A stretch of DNA of 41,969 nt from Ignavibacteriota bacterium (lineage in GTDB: Bacteria; Bacteroidota; Ignavibacteria; UBA10030; CAVZMI01): positions 1 through 41,969 of the forward strand of contig CAVZMI010000002.1 in the NCBI GenBank assembly GCA_963776275.1. The letters run 5' to 3'. Below, piece by piece: positions 28,749 to 37,688 of the stretch (its first letter is position 1; every line of letters starts with the position of its first letter). A model generated the notes under the pieces. The model made no database searches. It saw nothing but the letters and a program-made list of their open reading frames with translations, and was not told the origin of the DNA. Both the position numbers and the translations under genes were made by a program.

Positions 28749-30670
28749 ATATTGAACTGAATTTCATAAAGACGTTTGTACAATCCGCCTTCGGCTTCCA
28801 TCAACTCGGTATGGGTTCCCTCCTGAACGATTCGCCCACGATCAAGCACGATGATACGGTTTGCATTCCGGATGGTTGAAAGACGGTGGGCTATGACGAC
28901 CGATGTCCGGTTTTGCATCAGGTGTTCGATTGCCTCCTGCACAAGAATTTCCGATTCGGAATCGAGTGCGGAGGTCGCTTCATCAAAAATCATAATTGGT
29001 GGATTTTTCAGCAGTGCCCGTGCAATCGAAAGCCGCTGACGCTGTCCGCCCGAAAGTTTTGAGCCGCGTTCGCCAATGATGGTGGAATATCCGTCCGTCA
29101 TCGCCTGGATGAAATTATGCGCATTCGCAGCGCTTGCTGCGGCAACGATCTGGTCCATCGGACAATCGTCCAGACCATAGGCAATGTTGTTGCGGACCGA
29201 ATCGTTAAACAATATCGTCTCTTGTGTGACAATTCCTATCAGTGCACCAACCGACTGTACTTTATAATCACGGAGATCCTTTCCATCGAGTAGGATTTCT
29301 CCTTCAAAAGGATCATAGAAACGTGGAATCAAATCGACAAGCGTTGTCTTCCCTCCACCGCTCGGCCCTACCAGTGCGACTATTTCTCCACGGTTGATCC
29401 TCAGGTTCACGCTATGAAGTACCGGACGATCAGCCACAAACCCCGGTCCGCCATATCCAACCGTTAGAGGCTGGCGGAGATAAGTCTTTGACCCGGGAGC
29501 GGTTCTTTCGTTCAGATCATGTACATCATAGGCGAACGTGACATTGCGGAACTCGATACCTGATGTAAACTGATCGAGCGTGACGGCATGCGGACGGTCG
29601 ATAATATGCGGCCTGGTGTCTAGAATTTCGAATATCCTTTTTCCCGCCGCACTGGATTCCTGCATTCGATTAGCGACGGTACTTAACTCTTTCACCGGCG
29701 TCATTATCTGGAATATAACCATGATGAAACCGAGGAATTCTGCCGGCCGGAGTGTTTCACTCACAAGGACCTGGGTTCCACCGTACCAGATAATTATAAC
29801 GCCGGCCACTACACTTAAGAATTCTGTCACGGGTGATCCAAGATTCCTGAGCCGCGCAATCCGCAGCACAAGTGTGAAGAATTTTTTCGTCTCCCGTGCG
29901 AACCGGCGATTTTCCCACTCCTCCATACCGAATGCTTTCACAACCTTTGCTCCGCTGATGGTTTCCTGGAGAACCGATGTGATATCCGCCATCTTTTCCT
30001 GAATCACACCGCTGACCCTGTGAATCCTGTTTCCTATCCGGCTGATGATGAATAGTACAATGGGGAAGACAAGCACAGAAATTACCGTCAACTTCCAGCT
30101 GATGGCAACTGCGACTATAAGAAACACAACGATCGACAGAGGTTCACGTATCAAATTTAGAAAACTTGCAGAGATGCTCTGCTGCAGTACGTTGACGTCG
30201 TTTGTCACGCGAGAGATCAGATCCCCCGTCCGCTCATTGGTGAAGAATCCGAGGGAAAGGTTGTGGATATGCCTGTAGAGATCGTCGCGAACATCTTTCA
30301 TCACCCCCTGTTCTACAAAGGCAAGGAGATATGCCTGCCCATAACCGAATAGATTCTTCATCAAGAATGCGATTAAAATGATGAAACAAATCCGAAACAG
30401 CGCCTCGCTCTTCGTTCCATAAAAAACGTACTCGCCGATCATTTGATTCACGGCGTTCTTCAGCGATTCTATGCTTCCCGTCGATGGAGACTGACTCGGT
30501 GTCGTGGATTGTACGACGGGATTCTGATTGAAGAGAGTATCGAGAAGCGGGATCGAGAGATAAATCGAGCCGGCATGAAAGAAGGAAAAGAAAATGGTAC
30601 ATATCACCGAGCCGACAAGATGAAGCCAGTACCGACGCACATATGTCAGGAGACGCCAATAAAAATTCAT
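28745..30670 (-). CDS. MsbA-like ABC exporter (fused TMD-NBD) with an approximately 30-aa insertion in the NBD
   Basis: GDLISRVTNDV, VVKAF, GPSGGGKTT, LIPRFYDP, VTQETILF, LSGGQRQR, IFDEATSALD, IAHRLST. Start at ATG 30670 overlapping the GT2 stop. Confidence 0.92.
   Translation of the reverse strand: MNFYWRLLTYVRRYWLHLVGSVICTIFFSFFHAGSIYLSIPLLDTLFNQNPVVQSTTPSQSPSTGSIESLKNAVNQMIGEYVFYGTKSEALFRICFIILIAFLMKNLFGYGQAYLLAFVEQGVMKDVRDDLYRHIHNLSLGFFTNERTGDLISRVTNDVNVLQQSISASFLNLIREPLSIVVFLIVAVAISWKLTVISVLVFPIVLFIISRIGNRIHRVSGVIQEKMADITSVLQETISGAKVVKAFGMEEWENRRFARETKKFFTLVLRIARLRNLGSPVTEFLSVVAGVIIIWYGGTQVLVSETLRPAEFLGFIMVIFQIMTPVKELSTVANRMQESSAAGKRIFEILDTRPHIIDRPHAVTLDQFTSGIEFRNVTFAYDVHDLNERTAPGSKTYLRQPLTVGYGGPGFVADRPVLHSVNLRINRGEIVALVGPSGGGKTTLVDLIPRFYDPFEGEILLDGKDLRDYKVQSVGALIGIVTQETILFNDSVRNNIAYGLDDCPMDQIVAAASAANAHNFIQAMTDGYSTIIGERGSKLSGGQRQRLSIARALLKNPPIMIFDEATSALDSESEILVQEAIEHLMQNRTSVVIAHRLSTIRNANRIIVLDRGRIVQEGTHTELMEAEGGLYKRLYEIQFNM
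29443..29477 (-). repeat. 35-bp CCGCC...GGCGGACCGG REP-like element in-frame inside the ABC transporter
   Basis: CCGCCAGCCTCTAACGGTTGGATATGGCGGACCGG has a TCCGCCA/TGGCGGA stem and is 23/35 identical without gaps to 15361-15395. Confidence 0.65.
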
Positions 30671-31434
30671 TGCGGTTTCTTTCCCGGCGATGAGGAATGC
30701 TGGATTTCCCACATTTTCATCATTGTGAGAGCATGTGTAATTGCGTGGATCAGACTCACCATCACCCCGCGAACGCCATCACGATACCCCTTGCGGACAA
30801 TCAACATCTGCAGAAAGGCAAGAAAGGGTTTAAATATCAATCCGGCCGTCGATATCTTCTGCTTTTGATATTTCTCTGCCGCCCGCAGCGAAGAATATTC
30901 GTTCACTTTCTGGATAGTTGTTTTGATACTGGAATGAGTATAATGAATTATATCCCCTACAAGCGTACCTATGACTCCATCGACTTCGAATCTTTCATGG
31001 ACAAGGCGCTCATTCATATGAACCGACTTCCGACGAAACAATCTCAACTGATATCCGGGATACCACCCGCAGGATTTGATCCATTGATTTAGAAAATAGC
31101 TCCGGCGGGGGATCCGGAAACCGTTGTACGGAACATCGGAACTTATAATTTTCAAAATCTCATCTTTCAATTCCGGCGAGATACGTTCATCGGCATCGAT
31201 GCTAAGCACCCATTCATGCGTTGCCTGTTCGAGGGCGTAACGTTTCTGCGATGCGAATCCCTCCCACTTTCTCAAAAATACGTGGGGCGTATATTCACGC
31301 GCAATCCCGACCGTCCGATCATTAGTAATGTTGTTCACGACGATGATCTCGTCCGCCCATCGCACGCTCTCAAGGCACTCACGGATATTTTCTTCCTCCG
31401 CCCCTGCGATGATTGTAACCGACAGTTTATGCAT
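30667..31434 (-). CDS. Glycosyltransferase family 2 (WaaE/KdtX-like)
   Basis: [63 protein letters not shown]. Confidence 0.9.
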   Translation of the reverse strand: MHKLSVTIIAGAEEENIRECLESVRWADEIIVVNNITNDRTVGIAREYTPHVFLRKWEGFASQKRYALEQATHEWVLSIDADERISPELKDEILKIISSDVPYNGFRIPRRSYFLNQWIKSCGWYPGYQLRLFRRKSVHMNERLVHERFEVDGVIGTLVGDIIHYTHSSIKTTIQKVNEYSSLRAAEKYQKQKISTAGLIFKPFLAFLQMLIVRKGYRDGVRGVMVSLIHAITHALTMMKMWEIQHSSSPGKKPQ

Positions 31435-33856
31435 TTTCCTTCACCACAAAATTCACCAGGCGATCCACGACTACTATACTCTTAACAACGTTCTTCCCAC
31501 GAATATATTGTTGAATTCTCTCATTTGCACGGGCCCGGTTTTCAAGCTCTTCTTTCGTGATTCCGCGGGCGACCTGGATACGGTCACGGATCTTTCCGTT
31601 TACCTGAAGAACAATTTCCACTTCATCTTCCGTGGCAAGTAAAGCATCATATACGGGCCATGTTTCGTAGGCGAGTGTGTACGAATGACCCAGTATCTTC
31701 CACAACTCTTCAGCCAGATGCGGTGCGAACGGAGCCAGGATCAACACAAATTTCTCCATTTCCTTTCGTGGATAGACCTCGCGCTTGTACATTTCGTTGA
31801 TGAAGATCATCATTTGCGAGATCGCGGTATTAAAACGCATCCCATCGAGATCACCGGTCACTTTTTTTATCGTCTGATGAAGAAGTCTGAGCATCTCCTG
31901 ATCGGCGGGGACATCCTTCATCGATGGAGCTATAGCTCCATTTTCGGCGACAAAAAGTCGCCATACCCGATTCAAGAACCGAAACACACCGTCCACTCCC
32001 TGCATGCTCCACGGCTTTGTCTGTTCCAGCGGACCCATGAACATTTCATATAACCGCATGGAGTCTGCACCGTACTGCAAAATCACTTCATCGGGATTCA
32101 CCACATTCCCGAATGATTTCGACATTTTGCGTGAATCCTCGCCCAGGATCATTCCCTGATTCACAAGCTTCAGGAATGGCTCGGACGTCGAAACATGGCC
32201 GAGGTCATAGAGTACTTTATGCCAGAACCGGGCATAAAGCAGATGAAGCACCGCATGCTCGGCTCCGCCGACGTAGAGGTCGACCGGCATCCAATATTTT
32301 TCTTTTTCCTTGCCGACAAATTCCTTATCGTTCTGAGAATCAATATACCGGAGATAATACCAGCATGACCCCGCCCATTGGGGCATTGTATTTGTCTCAC
32401 GGCGTCCTTTCCGGCCTGTTTTCGGATCAACAACATTCATCCATGAGTCCATGAGGGCGAGAGGTGATTCACCCGTTCCGCTTGATTTGTACGATTGAAC
32501 TTCCGGTAGTGTCAACGGAAGGTCGTTTTCATCCAGCGGCTCGATTGTTCCGTCATCATAATGAATGAGAGGGAACGGCTCGCCCCAATACCGCTGACGG
32601 GAGAACAGCCAATCGCGAAGCTTGAAATTGACCGTCCTTTGACCAAGACCTTCTTTTTCCAGCCATGCAACTATTTTTTCAAAAGCTTCTTTGTATCCTA
32701 ATCCATCTAAAAAATCCGAATTTACGCATCTACCATTTTCCGTTTCGACGTATGCCGCCTTTGTGATATCGCCGCCAGAAATTACTTCAACAATCGGGAG
32801 TTTATATTTTTTTGCAAATTCCCAGTCCCGCTCATCATGTCCGGGTACCGCCATAATTGCACCGGTGCCGTAGGAAATGAGCACATAGTCGGCGATCCAG
32901 ATCGGGATTTGTTGCTTATTGACTGGATTGAACGCATAACCTCCGGTGAAGATACCGGTTTTTTCTTTGCTAAGTTCAGTTCGTTCAAGATCGCTTTTCC
33001 GTCTTGCCGAATTAATATATTTCCGGACATCCTTCTGCCGTCCGGCAGCTGTTACCCGTGCAACCAATGGATGCTCAGGTGCAAGCACCATATAGGTTGC
33101 ACCCCAGAGCGTGTCGGGCCTGGTTGTAAAGACACGAAGACGTTCCTGCATACCGACAATCCCGAAATCTACTTCCGCACCGATGGATTTCCCGATCCAG
33201 TTCCTCTGCATCTCTTTGATCGATTCGGGCCAATCGAGACTTTCGAGATCACTCAGTAACCGCTCGGCATAGGCAGTAATTTTCAGCATCCACTGGCGCA
33301 TCGGCCGCCGGATTACCGTGAATCCTTTTTCGATCTGTTCCGGAACTTCCTCGTTGGCAAGAACTGTCCCCAGTTCAGGACACCAGTTTACCGGAACCTC
33401 CGCAAGATATGCCAGTCCATTTTTATACAGCTGAAGGAAAATCCATTGCGTCCATTTATAATATTTCGGATCGGTCGTGTTGACTTCCCGGTCCCAGTCG
33501 TACGAAAATCCGAGTGCCTTAATCTGCCGCCGGAATGTGTCGATATTCTGCTTCGTCGTGACGGCAGGATGGGTTCCGGTCTTGACTGCATATTGTTCAG
33601 CCGGAAGACCAAAAGCATCCCATCCCATCGGATGCAGGACGTTTAATCCGGTCATGCGTTTATACCGTGCAAGAATATCGGTCGCTGTGTATCCTTCCGG
33701 ATGCCCGACATGAAGTCCGGCTCCAGACGGATACGGAAACATGTCAAGGATATAATATTTTTGTTTCGATGGATCTTCGACAGCACGAAAGGTTTTATTT
33801 TCCTCCCAGTATTTTTGCCATCGTACTTCTATTTCCTGAAATGCATATGACGCCAT
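31427..33856 (-). CDS. leuS: Leucine--tRNA ligase
   Basis: [14 protein letters not shown] (HIGH), [56 protein letters not shown]. Confidence 0.98.
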   Translation of the reverse strand: MASYAFQEIEVRWQKYWEENKTFRAVEDPSKQKYYILDMFPYPSGAGLHVGHPEGYTATDILARYKRMTGLNVLHPMGWDAFGLPAEQYAVKTGTHPAVTTKQNIDTFRRQIKALGFSYDWDREVNTTDPKYYKWTQWIFLQLYKNGLAYLAEVPVNWCPELGTVLANEEVPEQIEKGFTVIRRPMRQWMLKITAYAERLLSDLESLDWPESIKEMQRNWIGKSIGAEVDFGIVGMQERLRVFTTRPDTLWGATYMVLAPEHPLVARVTAAGRQKDVRKYINSARRKSDLERTELSKEKTGIFTGGYAFNPVNKQQIPIWIADYVLISYGTGAIMAVPGHDERDWEFAKKYKLPIVEVISGGDITKAAYVETENGRCVNSDFLDGLGYKEAFEKIVAWLEKEGLGQRTVNFKLRDWLFSRQRYWGEPFPLIHYDDGTIEPLDENDLPLTLPEVQSYKSSGTGESPLALMDSWMNVVDPKTGRKGRRETNTMPQWAGSCWYYLRYIDSQNDKEFVGKEKEKYWMPVDLYVGGAEHAVLHLLYARFWHKVLYDLGHVSTSEPFLKLVNQGMILGEDSRKMSKSFGNVVNPDEVILQYGADSMRLYEMFMGPLEQTKPWSMQGVDGVFRFLNRVWRLFVAENGAIAPSMKDVPADQEMLRLLHQTIKKVTGDLDGMRFNTAISQMMIFINEMYKREVYPRKEMEKFVLILAPFAPHLAEELWKILGHSYTLAYETWPVYDALLATEDEVEIVLQVNGKIRDRIQVARGITKEELENRARANERIQQYIRGKNVVKSIVVVDRLVNFVVKENA

Positions 33857-33888
33857 AAAAATTCCGAATCCTTACCAACAAATGAATG

Positions 33889-34806
33889 TCAGTTCTGTAG
33901 TGTTCCTTTTTGTTTTAGATATACCTCGGCCGTCAATACACTGCCGAGGCGAAGCTTTTTCATAAGTTCTTCTGCCGATGCGCCCTGTTCGACGAGCATA
34001 AGTGCCGCAGTATGCCGGAGTGAAAAGGCTGTAATTCGTCGAGCTTTACCCTGTTTGACTCCCGATACCTGCAGATAATAATTCACCCGTTCACGAATCC
34101 CACGTGTTGTCATTCTCAGTCCCCGTGTTCGATTTCCGGCGCTGACAAAAAGCGGCCTATCCGGATGTATATCAAGCCGCATTCCAAGATATGCCTTAAG
34201 AGCGAGTGCGACGTCCTGCGGCAGACAGACCCTCTCATCCTTTGTACTTCTTCCTTTTCCCTGAACGGCAAGGAAAGGTTTTCCCTCATCTTCGCCCATG
34301 TCACCGACATCAGCACGAACGATCTCAATCTCGGAAAGTCCGCACCCCAGCATAGCTTTGAGAACCGCATAATCACGGGTTCCCTGTTCTGTATTTACAT
34401 CAACCGATGCGAGCAGACGTTCGATATCCTGGTAACGGATGATCTCGCGCGAGTGATGCATCGGCCGGGCGTTTCCTTTGACTTCTTTTGCAGGATTTCC
34501 TTTGAGCGCACCGGCCCACTCAAGATACCGGCAGAATTGCCGCAGTGCAGTGAGATATGTCGACACCGAGACCGCCGATAACTTTTTACGCCGCGTCAGA
34601 TATTTTTTATATCGCTCGATATCACGGACCCGGAACAGACATCCGCGGTCTTTGTCAAACCAACGGAGAAACTCCCGCAGCGCACGCTCGTATGTCCCTT
34701 TTGTTTCCGGCCGTTTCGCATCAAGCGACCTCACAAATTCATCGAAATATCCTTTAAGACGCTTATGGGATATTCTTACTGCTTTCTGGGGATGATTGTA
34801 AGCCAT
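33889..34806 (-). CDS. Tyrosine recombinase (XerC/D-like) homolog with a degenerate catalytic pocket
   Basis: N-terminal SAM-like domain (T..TY...LREF, STYLTALRQF, NPAK). RDYAVL...GLSEIEI, VQGKGR, PLFVS, TAFSLRHTAA, LRLGSVLTAEVY. Confidence 0.85.
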   Translation of the reverse strand: MAYNHPQKAVRISHKRLKGYFDEFVRSLDAKRPETKGTYERALREFLRWFDKDRGCLFRVRDIERYKKYLTRRKKLSAVSVSTYLTALRQFCRYLEWAGALKGNPAKEVKGNARPMHHSREIIRYQDIERLLASVDVNTEQGTRDYAVLKAMLGCGLSEIEIVRADVGDMGEDEGKPFLAVQGKGRSTKDERVCLPQDVALALKAYLGMRLDIHPDRPLFVSAGNRTRGLRMTTRGIRERVNYYLQVSGVKQGKARRITAFSLRHTAALMLVEQGASAEELMKKLRLGSVLTAEVYLKQKGTLQN

Positions 34807-34840
34807 AGAGTTTTTTGGAAATACTTTTTCTCAATAACAG

Positions 34841-34869
34841 AATTTAAAGAATTATCGAAGGAATGTCAA
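34841..34869 (-). promoter_or_regulatory. sigma70 promoter of the recombinase-leuS operon
   Basis: Minus strand TTGACA-17 nt-TAAATT. Confidence 0.65.
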
Positions 34870-34876
34870 TGAAAAT

Positions 34877-34902
34877 GGAACATTTACTATACAGCTGCGT
34901 CT
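34877..34902 (+). promoter_or_regulatory. Putative ECF-sigma promoter of the PDZ gene
   Basis: GGAAC-16 nt-CGTCT, the common ECF AAC/CGT pattern. Confidence 0.55.
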
Positions 34903-34963
34903 GAAATAGAAAGAAGGAGAGTGATTTTTAATGATATATTCACTTATCCAAGGAGGAATGCCC

Positions 34964-35956
34964 ATGAAACAGTGGTTGATTATCCTGGCAACTGGAATAT
35001 TCTTAATTCCGGTTTTTAGCAGTGGAGCACACGATCCAATTCAATCGAAAAAGAGTGCCGTGAAGGTCATAAACGAGAAAAAGGAAAAAACAGGATGGCT
35101 TGGAGTAAGAATTGCTGATGTGACAGAAGAACTCGCCAAAGAGAAAAAGCTCGGAACGGAGGAAGGCGCATATGTCGAGAAAGTCGAAGGTGAAAGTCCG
35201 GCAGATTCTGCCGGTATTCAAAAGGGAGATGTAATAATTGAATTTGATGGAAAGAAAATTTCCGATGCTGCCGATCTCCGAGAATTTGTCGGGAAATCTT
35301 CTCCAGGCGCAGCAGTACCGATTGTGATTCTAAGAGAGGGACAGAAGAAAACGCTCACCGCTACCCTTGGTGCTGCAAAGGAGCACAACAAACAATTAAG
35401 GATTTCTACACCCATGCTGCCGAAACATATACCGTTTATCTGTCACGGCCCTCGTCTCGGCATGAATCTTGAAACACTAAATGAACAATTAGGCGCATAT
35501 TTCGGTGCACCAAATAACGAGGGAGTACTCGTCTGTGAAGTATTCAAGAACAGCACGGCGGAGAAAGCGGGATTCAAAGCAGGAGACGTGATCATCCGTG
35601 CCGGGAAAAAATCCGTCAATGACGTGGGCGATATCAGAAGGGTGTTGAGCAAAGCCGAGCCGGGAAAAACACTCGACTTTGAAATTATCAGGAAAGGATC
35701 ATCCAAAACCATCGCGGGCCCTATCGAAAAATATGAAAAGGAGGATGCTCACGGATATCGTTTTAATATACCCGAATGTCCATCCTGGGAATTCGACCGT
35801 GAATATTTCGACATTCCCGATGCCGACATCGATATTCAGATAGAGAAAGAGGAACTTCCAAAAATACAGGAAGAGATGAACCGGCTACGGGATGAGTTGG
35901 GGAAAATGAAGATCGAAAAAAAGATCAGGGTTTTGGTCTCACCGCGTGATATTTAA
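34964..35956 (+). CDS. Exported tandem-PDZ protein with no protease domain
   Basis: AGGAGG RBS at 34951-34956, signal peptide, GWLGVRI...SPADSAGIQKGDVI and PRLGMNL...STAEKAGFKAGDVI. No trypsin GNSGG motif. Confidence 0.88.
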   Translation: MKQWLIILATGIFLIPVFSSGAHDPIQSKKSAVKVINEKKEKTGWLGVRIADVTEELAKEKKLGTEEGAYVEKVEGESPADSAGIQKGDVIIEFDGKKISDAADLREFVGKSSPGAAVPIVILREGQKKTLTATLGAAKEHNKQLRISTPMLPKHIPFICHGPRLGMNLETLNEQLGAYFGAPNNEGVLVCEVFKNSTAEKAGFKAGDVIIRAGKKSVNDVGDIRRVLSKAEPGKTLDFEIIRKGSSKTIAGPIEKYEKEDAHGYRFNIPECPSWEFDREYFDIPDADIDIQIEKEELPKIQEEMNRLRDELGKMKIEKKIRVLVSPRDI

Positions 35957-35973
35957 ATAAGGAATAGGTAAAG

Positions 35974-36150
35974 TTTACCCCGCACTAAAGTACCACTTCG
36001 TGGAGCGAGTGAACCCGTCTCGCTCGCCTCGCTTCGCTCGTCGAAGCGGGCCGAGGCTCAACGAGGCGGACGCAGTGAACGAGTCGAGGGGGTTAAGGTT
36101 GACCCTTCGACTCGTCCCGATATAGTATATCGGAACTCGCTCAGGGCAGG
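35974..36150. repeat. Nested REP cluster
   Basis: TTTACCCCG...GAGTCGAGGGG enclosing CCCGTCTCG...CGAGGCGG. Then CCCTTCGACTCG[TCCCGATATAGTATATCGGAA]CTCGCTCAGGGCAGG inserted in GGTTAAGGTTGA/GGTTGAGG. Confidence 0.75.
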
Positions 36151-36186
36151 GGTTGAGGTAGAGAAGTTACGGAGAGAGTATTAGAT

Positions 36187-36352
36187 GTAAGATAAAAGGA
36201 AAGAGGAAAAAGATAAAAGACGAACTGGTGAAAAAGAGGACTCTCGTTTTTTGTCTTTTTTCCCCTTGATCCCCCCTTTCCCGCTGAAAGCCGAGACGGG
36301 GTCAGGACTCGGGGTAAGCTTTTTCCTTATATCTTTTTTCTTTTATCTTTTC
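36187..36352. repeat. Purine/pyrimidine heptamer-periodic inverted repeat with a REP inserted in the right arm
   Basis: AAGATAAAAGGAAAGAGGAAAAAGATAAAAGAC versus GTCTTTTT[CCCTTGATCC...ACTCGGGGTAAG]CTTTTTCCTTATATCTTTTTTCTTTTATCTT. Confidence 0.6.
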
Positions 36353-36883
36353 TCACTCCACCCTGAACCTGCCTTTTTCATCAAATGCCCTTTTATCGGG
36401 CTCGGACATTCTGTCGCGTAATACACGAAGCGTATACCCACCGACTAAAACCCCATTATCAATAATCATCCAATCCGACACTCGCTCTAGCGGTACTCTG
36501 ACCGTCTTCCCGAATGAAATAGTTTTCAATGCGAAAGGATCATTTGCCACATTACCTTCGAATTCTTTTCCGTCACAGGTAATAAAATTTAGCCATACAT
36601 GTTCAATCGTTCCATTTTCTTCAAACTTAGCCTTCAAGGCAAAGTAGCTGATTGTTGGTTTCGGGTTCTGGAGCATTGCAATGAATTCGTCAATACTCCC
36701 CCTTGCTTTCCCGATCGCCTCATGCATCTTCGGATCCGTCTCTTCAATTGAGACATACAGATGTTTCCTCCGCTCCTCTTGTTTCGACCGGATAGACTTC
36801 CAGATTAGAAGGCCGATTAGGATCACTACAAGAATGCCGAGACAGATTACAATCAATGCCTGATTTTTTTGTTTTGTTTCCAT
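36353..36883 (-). CDS. YegJ/DUF2314-family membrane-anchored protein
   Basis: N-terminal TM helix. DPKMHEAIGKAR, EHVWL, G.VANDP, VSDWMII.NG.LVGGYT. Start at ATG 36883. Confidence 0.85.
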   Translation of the reverse strand: METKQKNQALIVICLGILVVILIGLLIWKSIRSKQEERRKHLYVSIEETDPKMHEAIGKARGSIDEFIAMLQNPKPTISYFALKAKFEENGTIEHVWLNFITCDGKEFEGNVANDPFALKTISFGKTVRVPLERVSDWMIIDNGVLVGGYTLRVLRDRMSEPDKRAFDEKGRFRVE

Positions 36884-36887
36884 CCCG

Positions 36888-37532
36888 CTATTTCCTCTTC
36901 CGTGCCAGTATATATGCACGTTTACTCTGATATTCTATTTCAGGATACGGGGGACGAACTTTTATTTCTTCAATCGTGAAACCTACTTCAGTAAGCTTTT
37001 GACCGATAATATCCGGATCGAGAAATCGGAAATCAACGGCAACGACTTCGGAGGTACCTTTCTCGATGCGAAGCACTTCGGTACCGATATGAAATGTCAG
37101 CAGAAGCACCCCATTGGATTGGAGGACACGATAAAACTCGTAAAAAGCATCCTTAGCATCGTTATAGGTACAATGGACGATTGCGTAAAATGCTGTAATT
37201 CCTGCCAGAAAATTATCGGGGAAACGAAGATGCGTCATATCTCCAATCTCAAACGGGATGTCCGGACTCAATCGCCGTGCCTCACGTATCATTTCCTCGG
37301 AAATATCGATGCCAATGACAGTGCATCCCCTCGACCGGAGATAGACGGCAATTTCGCCAGGGCCGCATCCGATATCGCATACAGTTCCATTTGCTGATAC
37401 CGAAGAAGAAAAAGCATCGAGTATCTCCCGGTCAAACGGTTTATGATCGAGTTCATGAAAATAGATCCGTGAATACTCCTGGGAAAAAACGTCGTAGAAC
37501 CTGGCTATTCTTTTTTTCGTTTCATCGTCCAC
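36888..37532 (-). CDS. Class I SAM-dependent methyltransferase
   Basis: VCDIGCGPG, GIDISEEMI, GDM, FYAIVH, RVL..NG.LLL.FH. Confidence 0.9.
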   Translation of the reverse strand: MDDETKKRIARFYDVFSQEYSRIYFHELDHKPFDREILDAFSSSVSANGTVCDIGCGPGEIAVYLRSRGCTVIGIDISEEMIREARRLSPDIPFEIGDMTHLRFPDNFLAGITAFYAIVHCTYNDAKDAFYEFYRVLQSNGVLLLTFHIGTEVLRIEKGTSEVVAVDFRFLDPDIIGQKLTEVGFTIEEIKVRPPYPEIEYQSKRAYILARKRK

Positions 37533-37688
37533 GTCAATTCAGAAGGTTTCATACAGCAATGAATTAAGGAAAAATTAAAAAGTAAAGAGGAAAAAATTCT
37601 TTTTACTATTGAAGGAGTTATATTCAAATATCATACTGTGGAATTTTTTCCAAAAAAAATCTAAAGAATTCCTTGGCAATACAATTTC

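Noticed and set aside
33889-34806. Prophage or ICE integrase marking an island boundary
   Set aside because: No att repeat, phage or conjugation genes nearby. Composition matches the neighbouring core genes and the catalytic residues are degenerate.
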